From: a virus
Length of the DNA: 64,000 bases
Direction: 5' to 3' (one strand)
Virus record (IMG/VR): IMGVR_UViG_3300013426_000015
Span: 56,913-120,912 of that record
Numbering within the stretch: position 1 is the first letter of the stretch; each line of letters begins with the position of its first letter. A program made the translations under genes and the position numbers. The notes under the pieces were generated by a model, which made no database searches, had not been told where the DNA came from, and saw nothing but the letters and a program-made list of their open reading frames with translations. Positions 9,340-19,708 of this stretch are shown in pieces.

Positions 9340-11037
9340 ATGGCTATTTATCCTAATAATTTTACTAATAAGGATGTATTAAGTCCTGGTGCTCGTGGTG
9401 AGACATTCCAGGCAAGCCTCCCTGGTTATCGTGATGGTGCAGACAGAATTAACCGCACCAATATGAACCTTAATACAAATGCACATGATGTTCCTAATAT
9501 TAAGTGGGAACTCGACCGCCGTCTTCCGCCACTCTTCAAGTACGGATTCGCATACGGTTTCAATCAGATTGTTCTTCCAAAGGGACGTGTAGTCGCAGTT
9601 GATCCTTATATGAATACCATCAATACTGAAATGATGGATGGTCAGGGTGTTGATCCTAATACTGGCGCTGCATTCAGAATGCCTAAGTCCTACAATACTC
9701 TCACCCTTGCTAATGGTGGTGTTCCTGTTAAGCTTCGTGAAGATACTGATATTTATCCTGCTGAAGCTAAGTATGTTGCACCTGATGCACGTGGTCAGAA
9801 AGTCAATGGAGTTGGCAGGGAGTGGGTTCCGATTATTGGTCTTGAAAAGGCATACGATGCAACTACTTCTTCATTTAGACCATTCGGAAATAGTGGTCCT
9901 AAGGGGCAGCTTAAAGATGCTGGTTATACCATTGGTGAAATTTCAGGTAAAGCAGAGCTTGATGGCGTAACTGTCAATAATGTTCGTCCTGGTAACATTC
10001 CTGTTGGTATTATTCAGAGAAATGAGTATACTCGTGATGATGACGCATTCAATGGCATTATGCCTGGTGCAGTTCTTACTGACGCAATGGTCGAGCTCCC
10101 CTGGTTCGGATTTAAGGACAGAGCAGAGCAGAATCCTTGGGGATCTGCATATGGCGACCTCTTCCCAGGTGCTCTTGTTAAATCTGACGAAAATGGTCGT
10201 ATTACTATTTCTCCGCTTTCTTATACTGAAGATCTTTATACTGGCCTTGATTTCAACATTTCTGAGCTTGAGTTTGAGAGACAGCAGGTTATTGGACAGG
10301 TCTACTCTGTAAATAGAGATCTTCTCCCTGAGGGCGCAGCTCGTTGGGCTACATGGGCTCTTGCAGACAGACGTAACTTCCGTGATTTCAATCCTGATGA
10401 GTATCGTAAGACTAATCGTAATGGTGAAGATAATACCATGAATTCTGCTTACCACACTACTGGTGAGTATCCTGGTTATCCTTATGATTCCACTGTCCTT
10501 GAGCATGACCTCCATATGCTTGAGTCTAATCGTCCTTACTCTGGCAGAATGCCTGACCAGTACCAGTTCGATAATCTTGGTATTCCTGGTCTTACTGATG
10601 GTAAGAACGCTGTCAAGAGAGTATTCCCGTGGCAGGATGCTGCTACTGTCTCTGAGGACAAGAATGCTACTGAATATGTTGATGTTTATATGCGTGTATC
10701 TGAAGTTGATGTTGAGAATCTCATGATCAAGATCGACGATGGCGATGCAGTTGCTTGCGTTAAGGACGCAGTTGTTACCGCTAAGTTTGGCGATGGCGAA
10801 GCAAAGACTTTCGCAGTTGTTAAGTTTGCAGATGCTCTTCAGGGTCTCGTAGTTCTTTCGATCAGAGATGCTGCTGTTGCTAATGAATATATGGAAGCTA
10901 AGAAGGCTGCTGATCCTGCTGCCGCTGCCGCATTTACTGTTAAGTTCAAGTTCGAGAAACGCGGTGTATCCGGTGTTCCTACCTTTATGGACTGGGATGG
11001 CTGCATGGGCTCCGTCAAGATTCTTCTTACAAAGTAA
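9340..11037 (+). CDS. Putative head structural/decoration protein (565 aa)
   Basis: Between protease and capsid, strong SD (AGGAG), codon usage similar to the capsid gene. Confidence 0.6.
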   Translation: MAIYPNNFTNKDVLSPGARGETFQASLPGYRDGADRINRTNMNLNTNAHDVPNIKWELDRRLPPLFKYGFAYGFNQIVLPKGRVVAVDPYMNTINTEMMDGQGVDPNTGAAFRMPKSYNTLTLANGGVPVKLREDTDIYPAEAKYVAPDARGQKVNGVGREWVPIIGLEKAYDATTSSFRPFGNSGPKGQLKDAGYTIGEISGKAELDGVTVNNVRPGNIPVGIIQRNEYTRDDDAFNGIMPGAVLTDAMVELPWFGFKDRAEQNPWGSAYGDLFPGALVKSDENGRITISPLSYTEDLYTGLDFNISELEFERQQVIGQVYSVNRDLLPEGAARWATWALADRRNFRDFNPDEYRKTNRNGEDNTMNSAYHTTGEYPGYPYDSTVLEHDLHMLESNRPYSGRMPDQYQFDNLGIPGLTDGKNAVKRVFPWQDAATVSEDKNATEYVDVYMRVSEVDVENLMIKIDDGDAVACVKDAVVTAKFGDGEAKTFAVVKFADALQGLVVLSIRDAAVANEYMEAKKAADPAAAAAFTVKFKFEKRGVSGVPTFMDWDGCMGSVKILLTK

Positions 11038-11061
11038 TTTAGAGAGGATACATAAACATAA

Positions 11062-12276
11062 ATGAATATTAATGGATTTTTAAATGATTTAAATACAATC
11101 CGTGAGAGCATTGCTGCTGACCAGGCAGCCGGTAAGGAATCGAAAATCTCTCCGGAGTCTATAAATATTGCTGAGATGACCGTTCGTAATCTTAATGGCG
11201 ATTATACTCACGGTCGTACTACTATTCAAGAGGCTCTTACTTCTACTGATACTGTCAAGCTAATCCCTAAAGTTATTGAAGGTCAGATGAGAGAAGCCGC
11301 AGAACCAGAATATCTTGCTACAAATTTCATGCAGAAGATTACTGTTGACAAGGGTAACTCGGTAACTTACGTCATTCCTGTTGCTGGTGAGATTCATGCA
11401 TCTGAAGTCGGTGAAGGCGGCAGATACAATGAGCAGACTGTTGACTTCAACACCATTGAGAATTCACAGCTCGAAGTTCGTGTCAAGAAGATTGGTTGCA
11501 AGGTTTCCATTACTGAAGAAGCAATCACTGATTCTTCTTGGGACATCTACGGTATGAATGTACGTAAGATGGGTCGCGCAATGGCTAGATATAAGGAAGA
11601 GTGGATCTTCCAGCAGTTCTCAACTCATGGTCATACTGTTTTTGATAATAATCTTCGTTCTCAGAATGAGGCTTATGGTACTACCGGTAGAGATGTTGAT
11701 GGCTCGTTTAACGACACAATGTCGGTTGAAGATTTCCTTGATTTAGTACTTGTCCTTATGTCTAATGGTTTCAATCCTACTGATGTTATTATGCATCCAC
11801 TTACTTGGGTAGTTTTCGCTCGTAATACTATGCTTGGTAATGGACTTACATATGGTGCATTCAATGGTCAGTATGTACATCCGAACAACATGGTTCAGGG
11901 TACTCCTGCTGCATTCGGTCTTGCTAATAATGGTGCTAATCAGCCTCTTATCGTTTCACCTGATCAGGTTCAGAACAGACTTCCAATGCCTCTTGCAATC
12001 AATCTTTCTCCTTATATTAAGTTTGATAAGGTCAATAGAAAGTTTGATATGTATTGTATTGATCGTGGTGAGGTCGGCGTTATTGTTGAGAAAGAAGCAC
12101 TTTCTACTGATAACTGGTCTGATCCCGAGAAGGACATCAGAAACCTGAAGTGTAAGGAACGCTACGGTGTTGGTATTCTTAATAATGGTCTTGCTATTAC
12201 TGTTTGTAAGAATCTCGCTGTCGCTGCTACTTATCCTACTCCTCCTGTTGTCAAGGTTCAGAACGAACAGGTCTAA
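11062..12276 (+). CDS. Major capsid protein (HK97 fold)
   Basis: LIPKVI, A.EVGEG..Y, KKIG..VSITEEAI.DS.WD, MGRAMARYKE, PTDVIMHP and ERYGVG are HK97-fold capsid-like segments. N-terminal prodomain ends near IQEA. Confidence 0.9.
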   Translation: MNINGFLNDLNTIRESIAADQAAGKESKISPESINIAEMTVRNLNGDYTHGRTTIQEALTSTDTVKLIPKVIEGQMREAAEPEYLATNFMQKITVDKGNSVTYVIPVAGEIHASEVGEGGRYNEQTVDFNTIENSQLEVRVKKIGCKVSITEEAITDSSWDIYGMNVRKMGRAMARYKEEWIFQQFSTHGHTVFDNNLRSQNEAYGTTGRDVDGSFNDTMSVEDFLDLVLVLMSNGFNPTDVIMHPLTWVVFARNTMLGNGLTYGAFNGQYVHPNNMVQGTPAAFGLANNGANQPLIVSPDQVQNRLPMPLAINLSPYIKFDKVNRKFDMYCIDRGEVGVIVEKEALSTDNWSDPEKDIRNLKCKERYGVGILNNGLAITVCKNLAVAATYPTPPVVKVQNEQV

Positions 12277-12317
12277 TCAACCATAAATTTTAATATATAA
12301 AGTTTTAGTATAATCTT

Positions 12318-12364
12318 AATGACCATAGACCAAATGAAAATTATGGTCTATGGTCATTTGTTTT
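12318..12364 (+). terminator. 15-bp perfect hairpin after the capsid gene (terminator or processing site)
   Basis: AATGACCATAGACCA (12318-12332) / TGGTCTATGGTCATT (12344-12358), followed by TGTTTT. Confidence 0.65.
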
Positions 12365-12385
12365 AGAGAGGATATAATAATAAAC

Positions 12386-12874
12386 ATGAAAGAAATTGCT
12401 GTTGTAAAACTCGCTCCTGGTAAAGTTGCTTTTTACGATGACTATACAAAGATTCATCTTACGCTTTCTAATCCTACTGCTTCAATCTATGAAGGTATGA
12501 ATTTAAAGAGAATCAAGAATTCTGTTAAATTTGGAGTATTACAAGTTCTTGTTGGCTCATTAAATACAGAAATTGAAGAGGTTCCTGTTAAGACAATTCA
12601 TGATCATGTAGATAAGGCTGTCATAAATGAATCTACTACCGAACCAACTGTATCGAAAATCATAGTTGAAACTGTTGATGCTGATACTGTTGTCGATAAT
12701 GACGCGCCACAGGTTGAAATCGACGAAAAGATCGTTCCTGAAGAAGTAGATGAAAAGATCGAAGCCGAGGTAGAGCCTCAGGCCGAGTCTGTAGAAACAG
12801 AAACTGGAGTAGAAGCTGAGCCAAAACCAAAGCGTGGACGCAAAAAAAATACCGATAAGGAAGTTACCGAATAA
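12386..12874 (+). CDS. Hypothetical protein, acidic with a basic PKRGRKK tail
   Basis: SD AGAGAGG upstream of ATG 12386. The listed start at 12350 lies inside the hairpin. Confidence 0.65.
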   Translation: MKEIAVVKLAPGKVAFYDDYTKIHLTLSNPTASIYEGMNLKRIKNSVKFGVLQVLVGSLNTEIEEVPVKTIHDHVDKAVINESTTEPTVSKIIVETVDADTVVDNDAPQVEIDEKIVPEEVDEKIEAEVEPQAESVETETGVEAEPKPKRGRKKNTDKEVTE

Positions 12875-12939
12875 TGGCTTGTAAGTCCAAAACGAAGTCA
12901 AAGACAAAATCCAAAAGCGGATGCAAAGGCGGCAAGTAA
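12874..12939 (+). CDS. Small basic peptide MACKSKTKSKTKSKSGCKGGK (21 aa)
   Basis: TAATG stop/start overlap with the upstream gene, AAGGA at 12857-12861, fills the intergenic gap. Confidence 0.55.
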   Translation: MACKSKTKSKTKSKSGCKGGK

Positions 12940-12969
12940 AGACAACTCTTGCCTGAAAGGATATACCGT

Positions 12970-13788
12970 ATGTACAGAGAATTTAACTTTGCGGCTATTG
13001 ATACGGATACCAAAACAAAAACTATTACAGTCACTATGACTGCCGCTGTTGATGAATCTACATTGGTTGGAGATAACATCAGATTGCTTGATTGTTCTAC
13101 TAATCATTATATAGATATTTCAGTAAAATCTGATGGCGATAAGTTATTTATCATATTGCCAGACTATCCTATACCAAACAGTAAATATCATTTAACCATA
13201 AAGGGTATAAAGAATATTGTCGGCGATGCTCTTACTAAGGGAATCAATTATCAGATTGAATTCAAAAGCTCAGTTAATACAGAAGTAAGATTTATTGCTC
13301 CGGTCTTCTCTGAAGATATACAAGGTGAATTGATATTTGCATTACAAGAATTTATCTCTAAAAAAGATGTTCCTAATTTAGATGATGTCAAGTTTGCTAA
13401 TTCATTTTTCATAGAAGTCTCTACTGATAATCTATTTAACAAGATAGTATTTTCGACCAATTTAATTCACCGTAACTCTATGTCTGTTATGGAACTTGGA
13501 AATGGTCAGTATTATGCCAGGGCCAGGGTTCAGATAGATGAAGAAAATTATGGCATATGGAGTGACATAATCACTTTTGTTATAAATAGATCCGAAGACA
13601 CTGTAAGTACTCCTAATTCAGATGATAAGAGCAACAATGACAGTGATGAACCAATATTCTATAAACCACTTACTATAACTGGTGTGCCCAAAGATGGCGA
13701 TGATTGTCAATCATTTTATATTGAATTCAGTAGTGACATAGATCTTGAAGACACAGATGATATTGAAGTTTACAGGAGGTTGATTTAA
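12970..13788 (+). CDS. Ig-like/FN3-domain virion protein
   Basis: Ig-like pattern (ITVTMT..VD, KYHLTIKGIKNIVGDAL) and FN3-like GQYYARARV..YGIWSD. SD AAGGA upstream of ATG 12970. Confidence 0.6.
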   Translation: MYREFNFAAIDTDTKTKTITVTMTAAVDESTLVGDNIRLLDCSTNHYIDISVKSDGDKLFIILPDYPIPNSKYHLTIKGIKNIVGDALTKGINYQIEFKSSVNTEVRFIAPVFSEDIQGELIFALQEFISKKDVPNLDDVKFANSFFIEVSTDNLFNKIVFSTNLIHRNSMSVMELGNGQYYARARVQIDEENYGIWSDIITFVINRSEDTVSTPNSDDKSNNDSDEPIFYKPLTITGVPKDGDDCQSFYIEFSSDIDLEDTDDIEVYRRLI

Positions 13789-14439
13789 GTGCTTGAAAAA
13801 GTTAATTGCAAAGTAAATGCTATTGATAATTATCTTGAAATCACTCCTGATGATGGAATAAAGAATAATTGTCTTTATGAAATTAGGATCAATAAAATTA
13901 AATCTGCCGATGGATCTTCTGAATTAACTAATCAGAAAGTCTTGGTTTATACCAAGATTACTCCTGCTTACAGTACAATAGAAGCAGTAAGATCATTGCT
14001 TATGAATTGTGATGAAGTAACTGATTCAACTATTTTGTATCATATCAGAGACGCTTCAAAGTTCGTTGAATATGTCACTAATAAAAAATATGGCGATAAT
14101 GATGTTCCATTTAATGTATTCCAATTTGTTAAGTATAAAGCAGCATATGATTCACTTATAAGCTTTAGCGTAAATAATATTTCTCTTGGTATTACAAAGG
14201 GAACAATGGGTGATGTTGGCTATGAAAAATCATTCTCTATAGGTGATATTACAAAGCTCCTCAAGTTACTTAAGGACGAATATGATAAGTGGTATGATTC
14301 ATTATTTGATGCAATGTATACTGGTCCTGCTTCTCCTAAGATAACTGTTAAATCAAGTTATATTCTTCATACTGACATCAGAAATGACAATCCTCCATAT
14401 AGATCATATATGCTCTATAAAACGGGGTGTATTAAATGA
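13789..14439 (+). CDS. Putative head-tail adaptor (neck) protein
   Basis: Synteny; YSTIEAVRSLL..I.DAS..VE helical adaptor-like pattern. Confidence 0.55.
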   Translation: MLEKVNCKVNAIDNYLEITPDDGIKNNCLYEIRINKIKSADGSSELTNQKVLVYTKITPAYSTIEAVRSLLMNCDEVTDSTILYHIRDASKFVEYVTNKKYGDNDVPFNVFQFVKYKAAYDSLISFSVNNISLGITKGTMGDVGYEKSFSIGDITKLLKLLKDEYDKWYDSLFDAMYTGPASPKITVKSSYILHTDIRNDNPPYRSYMLYKTGCIK

Positions 14440-14876
14440 CCTACCATGACTCATTTCAATATGTTATACGTAAGTATTCAAGAAAACTTTATCTTGTCAA
14501 GCTTAATAAAAAAGTAAGATGCAGATGTCATGAAGCTGGTTCTGATGATCCGGATCCTGCTTGTCCTAAATGTCTTGGGACAGGATACAGAATTACAGTA
14601 TACGAAATAACAGGTGCGCCGCAAACATCTACTTTTCCTGACACCTTCAGGTCAACGAACCAAATAGTAATAACCACAAACTTCTATCTTCTTGATAATG
14701 TTCCAATTGACAGAGATGATCTTATTATCTATGATGATAAGGCTTTTATAATAAATGATACTGCAAGAAATGTAGGCTTTAACGCAAGATTCTGTTATAC
14801 AAAAGCTTGTGGTATTCCGAAAAAGCTTGACAATAATATATTCTTCAAAAATCTGTATGCGATTATAGGTAAATAA
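14436..14876 (+). CDS. Putative head closure/neck protein with a Zn-finger
   Basis: CRC..CPKCLGTG motif; synteny in the neck region. Confidence 0.55.
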   Translation: MTYHDSFQYVIRKYSRKLYLVKLNKKVRCRCHEAGSDDPDPACPKCLGTGYRITVYEITGAPQTSTFPDTFRSTNQIVITTNFYLLDNVPIDRDDLIIYDDKAFIINDTARNVGFNARFCYTKACGIPKKLDNNIFFKNLYAIIGK

Positions 14877-14878
14877 AG

Positions 14879-15877
14879 ATGCTTAATTATAAAGATGAAA
14901 CCATATTGGTCATAGGAAAGGGAACAACCAATTATAAAGTGAATACTATAAACGAAGTCCCTAATGAATATGAAGCCAAAAAATATGGTGAAGATTCACA
15001 GCTTTATAATGCCTTTATGGATTCATTGGATTTCAGTGTTTCTAATAGTATTTTTATGATAAATATGAAGTACGACACCGATTATCCTAAAATTATAAAT
15101 TCCATCACTCATAGTGATTTTACATATATTGTCCCATTAAATATAAAGTTCTCAGATCTTATATATATCGAAGATGAAAACAGAAAGATATTCTATGCTG
15201 AGTATCTGCTTAATTCCATTAAGGATTCGAATCTGTCTACAATATTTATGACAGATAATCATGCTCACTATTATGAAGATATTGACCATTTCGTAAAGTC
15301 AATGGAATCAGTAATAAGAACCTTCAAAGGAACATCAGTGGCAATCAACAATTATGGACGCAATCTGTGTTTTGTCGCCAATAATCTAGCTAATTATGAC
15401 CATGCAAACCTCATAGCAGTATATATGTTGGCATCTTCTCAGTATAAGGACTATCCATTACAAGATTGTGGCAATGCTGTTTTTGATATAGATACGCATG
15501 ATGTCCATATGCGAGAATTGTCCTTCTTTAAATACAATATAAAAAGATCTGCCACAATAGATAATTTCCATAATTTCAATATAAGAGCCGATCAAGGTAA
15601 ATGTGTAACAATTGACAGAATAATCAAGTATCTGCAAAGGTATTTGGATTTATCAGAATTTTGCGGTAAATTCTATAATGCTTATATAAAGTCAGTTGTT
15701 CTTGAAAGGCTCAATACATTATTGGCTGCTGTTAAAAATGTTGCAATAGCAGATTATAAAGTTTTGTCATGTGATTTTGTAAAAAATACGCAGACAAGAA
15801 CCGTTGTGATACTTAATGAAATTGAAATTACGCCTATTAATTCTATTGAAAAATATAAGCTGTTTATTGAGGTTTGA
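14879..15877 (+). CDS. Minimal tail-sheath-like protein (332 aa)
   Basis: N-terminal ILVIG..YG and C-terminal RII..F.GK..I.DY.V..IEITP resemble the ends of the main sheath protein. Confidence 0.55.
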   Translation: MLNYKDETILVIGKGTTNYKVNTINEVPNEYEAKKYGEDSQLYNAFMDSLDFSVSNSIFMINMKYDTDYPKIINSITHSDFTYIVPLNIKFSDLIYIEDENRKIFYAEYLLNSIKDSNLSTIFMTDNHAHYYEDIDHFVKSMESVIRTFKGTSVAINNYGRNLCFVANNLANYDHANLIAVYMLASSQYKDYPLQDCGNAVFDIDTHDVHMRELSFFKYNIKRSATIDNFHNFNIRADQGKCVTIDRIIKYLQRYLDLSEFCGKFYNAYIKSVVLERLNTLLAAVKNVAIADYKVLSCDFVKNTQTRTVVILNEIEITPINSIEKYKLFIEV

Positions 15878-16584
15878 AGATAAAGATGGAAGAAAAAATC
15901 GATGAATTAGAACTACTGCTTGACAATAAAGAGATTCATAAACAGCATTATATTGATGGTAAAACAAATGAGATAATTGCCAATACAACAAGGCAAAGAT
16001 CTGACAAAGGCTGTTCGTGTTTTGACTTTATCAAAATGGTTCAAAAAGTTACACGTCTTGATCTTGCAAGATATAATATCGAATTTAATAGTGATAGGTT
16101 TAAGTACAGAGTTACTGACCCTCAAATTGTTTTAGATAATCCTATTATAACTTATCAGACCATATCTCGTATACCAATGGGTGAAATTAAACCACGTATA
16201 AGAGATGTAGTAAAAGATCAAGACAATAATTTAGCTGGAAATGTATATGCGCAAAAATATAACTGTGTAGTGCAATTCAACATATTTGCAAGTGTATATG
16301 ATTTAGCTGAAGAAGTAATGAGTAACTTTGAAAGCATGATGATAAAATATGCAGGATATTTCAAGAGAAATGGTGTAGCTGAATTATATTTCAAAGAAGA
16401 AATATCTGATTCAAACTATGATTTATTCAGACAGGTTATATCTGTTAGAAATATCAGATATACTGTGCACATTGAACACCTGTATAATAATGTTGGCAGA
16501 ATCATTGATGATGTAATAATCAATAATGTGACTGACGATGATACCCTAAAAGTTTATCATGAAAACAACAATACGCAAAGATAA
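15874..16584 (+). CDS. Putative tail terminator/completion protein
   Basis: Immediately upstream of the sheath; VQFNIFA...AEEV pattern. The start may be ATG 15886. Confidence 0.5.
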   Translation: MKIKMEEKIDELELLLDNKEIHKQHYIDGKTNEIIANTTRQRSDKGCSCFDFIKMVQKVTRLDLARYNIEFNSDRFKYRVTDPQIVLDNPIITYQTISRIPMGEIKPRIRDVVKDQDNNLAGNVYAQKYNCVVQFNIFASVYDLAEEVMSNFESMMIKYAGYFKRNGVAELYFKEEISDSNYDLFRQVISVRNIRYTVHIEHLYNNVGRIIDDVIINNVTDDDTLKVYHENNNTQR

Positions 16585-16619
16585 AATTAAATTATAATAA
16601 AATTTAGGAGGAGCCTTTA

Positions 16620-19541
16620 ATGGCACAAACCACTTCTTTATTTTTCCAAGACGAAGTACTGCCTGGCGTACTGACTGAAATCCAGCAGGATTATAACGTT
16701 GGTTATTACACCACTGCTTGGGGCAATACATCAACTGTTCTCGTTCTTGGTACAGCGTTTACTGGTCCTATAAATCAAGTGATGAAGATTTATAGCCCGG
16801 AGCACGCTTTATATGTTTACGGTAATACTTATGACGCATCTACTCACAAAGAGGCTTCGCTGGTTACCGGAATTCAGGATGTTTATGATAAGGGTTGCCG
16901 CGCTATTTACGCTTGCCGTATAGCTGGTAAGAATATTTATAAGGATTTCGAACTTGCTCCCGACTTTGGATACAAGCTTCGTGTATCAGGTGCTTATCCA
17001 TCCAATGAATGCAAGAATATGTACATTCGCTTTATCAATAATGGTGCTGATCTAAAGCTTGTTTATTACAAGCCAGCAGACAGAGCTACCATTTATGAAA
17101 AGATGAATGGCGTTGTAGATTCTGCTTATTCGATGATTGAGACCGTTCTTGATCTTAAGAATACATATGGTTATACCGTTGATACAAAAATCTCTGAGCT
17201 CATCAATCTGTTTAACACCTATCAGTTAAACAATGTTCTCAGGCTCAGCATTATCAAAGATGGTGTAGATGTTACTTCTGTTGATCCAGAAGCACGCAAT
17301 CTTCCTATTGGTTCTATTTTTGATGGTGTATATTTTATTGGCAGAGATAAGAACCTTTGCGATGCAATCACTATCGTTGATAATAAGCTGTCTTCGGCAA
17401 GTCCTATGTGGGTTAAGCATACCAATGTTCCTACATATAAGACTCTGAAGGTAAACACTGACATCAACGCGGCTTATCCTATTGCTGGTGAATATGACGC
17501 ACTGAGAAGCATCTTTACTTCTGTTGCTACAACCTCGAAGTTTGACTTTATCAAAAACTCTGAGAATGTTTCGCTTGTTTATGGTATCGATGATACCGAT
17601 TATGAGCAAGTAGATATTTCAGGTTTTGATCTTTATAAAGCACTTGGTTCTGGTTACGCAACCACTGCCCATATTGAGCTCAAGAATCCTGACATTGAGA
17701 ATCCTACTGCTAAGGATTATGTTGTCAGAGAAACTCCTGAGTCCAATCAGAATAGAATCGTAGCAATTTCTGATGGTCTCTATTCAATGCTTCAGAATGT
17801 TCCAGCCGATTATCGTGTTCTTGCACACACATCTGCTGTTGAAAGCATGGATGCAAAACTTCCTTCTAAGGATGAATTCCTTACAAAGGTTCCCGGTGAT
17901 GTTCAGTATATTACTACTGACGCTAATAAGAAGGCAATCAGAATCACTCCTATCGTTGATGAGCAGTCTGACATCAGCGAAGATAATAAGTTCTCATTTG
18001 ATTTCAAGATAGTTGAAGACGATACTATTGATGAAGTTACTAAGACTGATTGTGCATCGACTCATGCTGCAAAGGCAATTAACATCGTTGAAGCTGATAA
18101 AGCTACTTCTGTTAAGGATGGCGTTCTCTATGCCGTACTTGATACAGATGCTTATAAGATCTATATCAATAAGGATGGCGCACAGACTACTATTGATAAC
18201 TTAGACGCTGCTTTTGATGGCGAATACTTCTTTGATGACATCAATAAGAAGCTTCTCAAGGTTACTTATACTACTGGTGATGATGGTAAGACTGCTACAG
18301 TTTCTACTATTGACCATAGTACTTATCTTGGTGAGGCGATCAGCGAGAATGGCAAGGAGTATTTCCTCGTAAGCTTCGATGCTGGTACTTATGTTGCTAA
18401 GTTTGACGCTGATGCCGGTATTACTATCCTTGGTTCTGTAGCTCAGGTTCTTTCGTCTGAAGGCAATGGATTCTATTGTGTTCCCGCCGTCGTTGGTGAT
18501 GGACAGGCTCATAAGATTATTGTCACTTCGAGATATGCTGAGTCAAGCACATACGAGTTATTCGTATCGAATCTCGCGGCAAGTGATCTTGGCAAGTTCT
18601 TCAAGTTCGAGTATGCTGATGGTTTCGAGTCATATATAAATGAGTATCTTAATAGTGACGCTGCTAAGGTAAGTGACCAGACTACTGAAGCTGGGCAGTT
18701 TGCAACAGAGATTTTTGATACTACTAAGTACATTCCTTATAAGACCACTGATAACCTTGCAAGACAGCTCGCACAGCATTGTACATATACTTCGCTTAAG
18801 ACCGCAACCACTCATGGTATTATCGGTTATCGTAAGATCAATGATACCTCGATTAGTGGTATAGCTACTATTGTTGATAAGGCTTGCGCTACTGATTTTG
18901 ATCTGTATGCAAAGCGTAATAATGGTAGATATATGCTTGATAAGGATAATGTGCCTTACTCAATCGGACGCAATATTTCGATGACATTTGGCGGCTATTA
19001 TATCACCACTACTGATGGTTATAAGTACATCTCTAATGGTGCTTGTGGTTATGCTGGTATGATTTCAGCACTTCCTATTGAGCAGTCTTCTACTAATCAG
19101 CCCATTGATATCAACACTCTTGCTTTCGAGCTTACAAATTATCAGCTTGTCAAGCTCACTGAAAAGGGATTTGTCACATTTAAGAATTCCTTTACTAAGG
19201 GCATAGTTGTTACTGACGGTATTACAATGGCTCCTAATACTTCTGAGTATAAGAGACTCAGCACCACCAGAATCATTGGTTGCGTCGAGACCGTTATCAG
19301 AAATGCTTGTGAGCCGTTTATTGGTCAGGTTAATACGCTTGCTAAACGTAACTCGATCAAGACCGCTGTCAACTCTGTTCTTCAGAAGCTTATCGGAACT
19401 CTTATTAAGGACTATGACTTCGAAGTTACATCGGATGATGCACAACAGGTTCTTGGCATAATCGATATTGACTATGTTATTGTTCCTTACTATGAAATCC
19501 GTCAGATCCGTAATAGAATCACTATTAAGGATTCTATATAA
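16620..19541 (+). CDS. Contractile tail sheath protein (973 aa)
   Basis: N-terminal LPGVLTEI and LVLGTAFTGPINQ; C-terminal YAG, STN, DGIT, RLSTTRI, FIG and IVPYYEIRQI. Strong SD AGGAGG. Confidence 0.92.
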   Translation: MAQTTSLFFQDEVLPGVLTEIQQDYNVGYYTTAWGNTSTVLVLGTAFTGPINQVMKIYSPEHALYVYGNTYDASTHKEASLVTGIQDVYDKGCRAIYACRIAGKNIYKDFELAPDFGYKLRVSGAYPSNECKNMYIRFINNGADLKLVYYKPADRATIYEKMNGVVDSAYSMIETVLDLKNTYGYTVDTKISELINLFNTYQLNNVLRLSIIKDGVDVTSVDPEARNLPIGSIFDGVYFIGRDKNLCDAITIVDNKLSSASPMWVKHTNVPTYKTLKVNTDINAAYPIAGEYDALRSIFTSVATTSKFDFIKNSENVSLVYGIDDTDYEQVDISGFDLYKALGSGYATTAHIELKNPDIENPTAKDYVVRETPESNQNRIVAISDGLYSMLQNVPADYRVLAHTSAVESMDAKLPSKDEFLTKVPGDVQYITTDANKKAIRITPIVDEQSDISEDNKFSFDFKIVEDDTIDEVTKTDCASTHAAKAINIVEADKATSVKDGVLYAVLDTDAYKIYINKDGAQTTIDNLDAAFDGEYFFDDINKKLLKVTYTTGDDGKTATVSTIDHSTYLGEAISENGKEYFLVSFDAGTYVAKFDADAGITILGSVAQVLSSEGNGFYCVPAVVGDGQAHKIIVTSRYAESSTYELFVSNLAASDLGKFFKFEYADGFESYINEYLNSDAAKVSDQTTEAGQFATEIFDTTKYIPYKTTDNLARQLAQHCTYTSLKTATTHGIIGYRKINDTSISGIATIVDKACATDFDLYAKRNNGRYMLDKDNVPYSIGRNISMTFGGYYITTTDGYKYISNGACGYAGMISALPIEQSSTNQPIDINTLAFELTNYQLVKLTEKGFVTFKNSFTKGIVVTDGITMAPNTSEYKRLSTTRIIGCVETVIRNACEPFIGQVNTLAKRNSIKTAVNSVLQKLIGTLIKDYDFEVTSDDAQQVLGIIDIDYVIVPYYEIRQIRNRITIKDSI

Positions 19542-19562
19542 GAAGTTAAGAGGTAAAATATA

Positions 19563-19694
19563 ATGGCATTTGATAATACTTCGGTTGAAGAGTACACCAA
19601 AACATATACTTCATTCTCTGGTGCGGATATTGTAGCATCATTTAATGGTATTGTAATTGGTGAACTTCAAGCTATAACTTATTCAGTTTCAAGA
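19563..19694 (+). CDS. Tail tube protein, exon 1 (junction ambiguous within a shared GAAA)
   Basis: MAFDNTSVEEYTKTYTSFSGADIVASFNG..IGELQAITYSVSR is homologous to the N-terminus of paralog 21741. The frame stops at 19706 if unspliced. Confidence 0.85.
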
Positions 19695-19708
19695 GAAACG
19701 AAGTGAAT

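Noticed and set aside
19681..19708. Local hairpin GTTTC-AAGA-GAAAC as a canonical P1
   Set aside because: It is real base pairing, but it offers no U-G pair at a position that restores the tube reading frame and length; kept only as a possible alternative structure.
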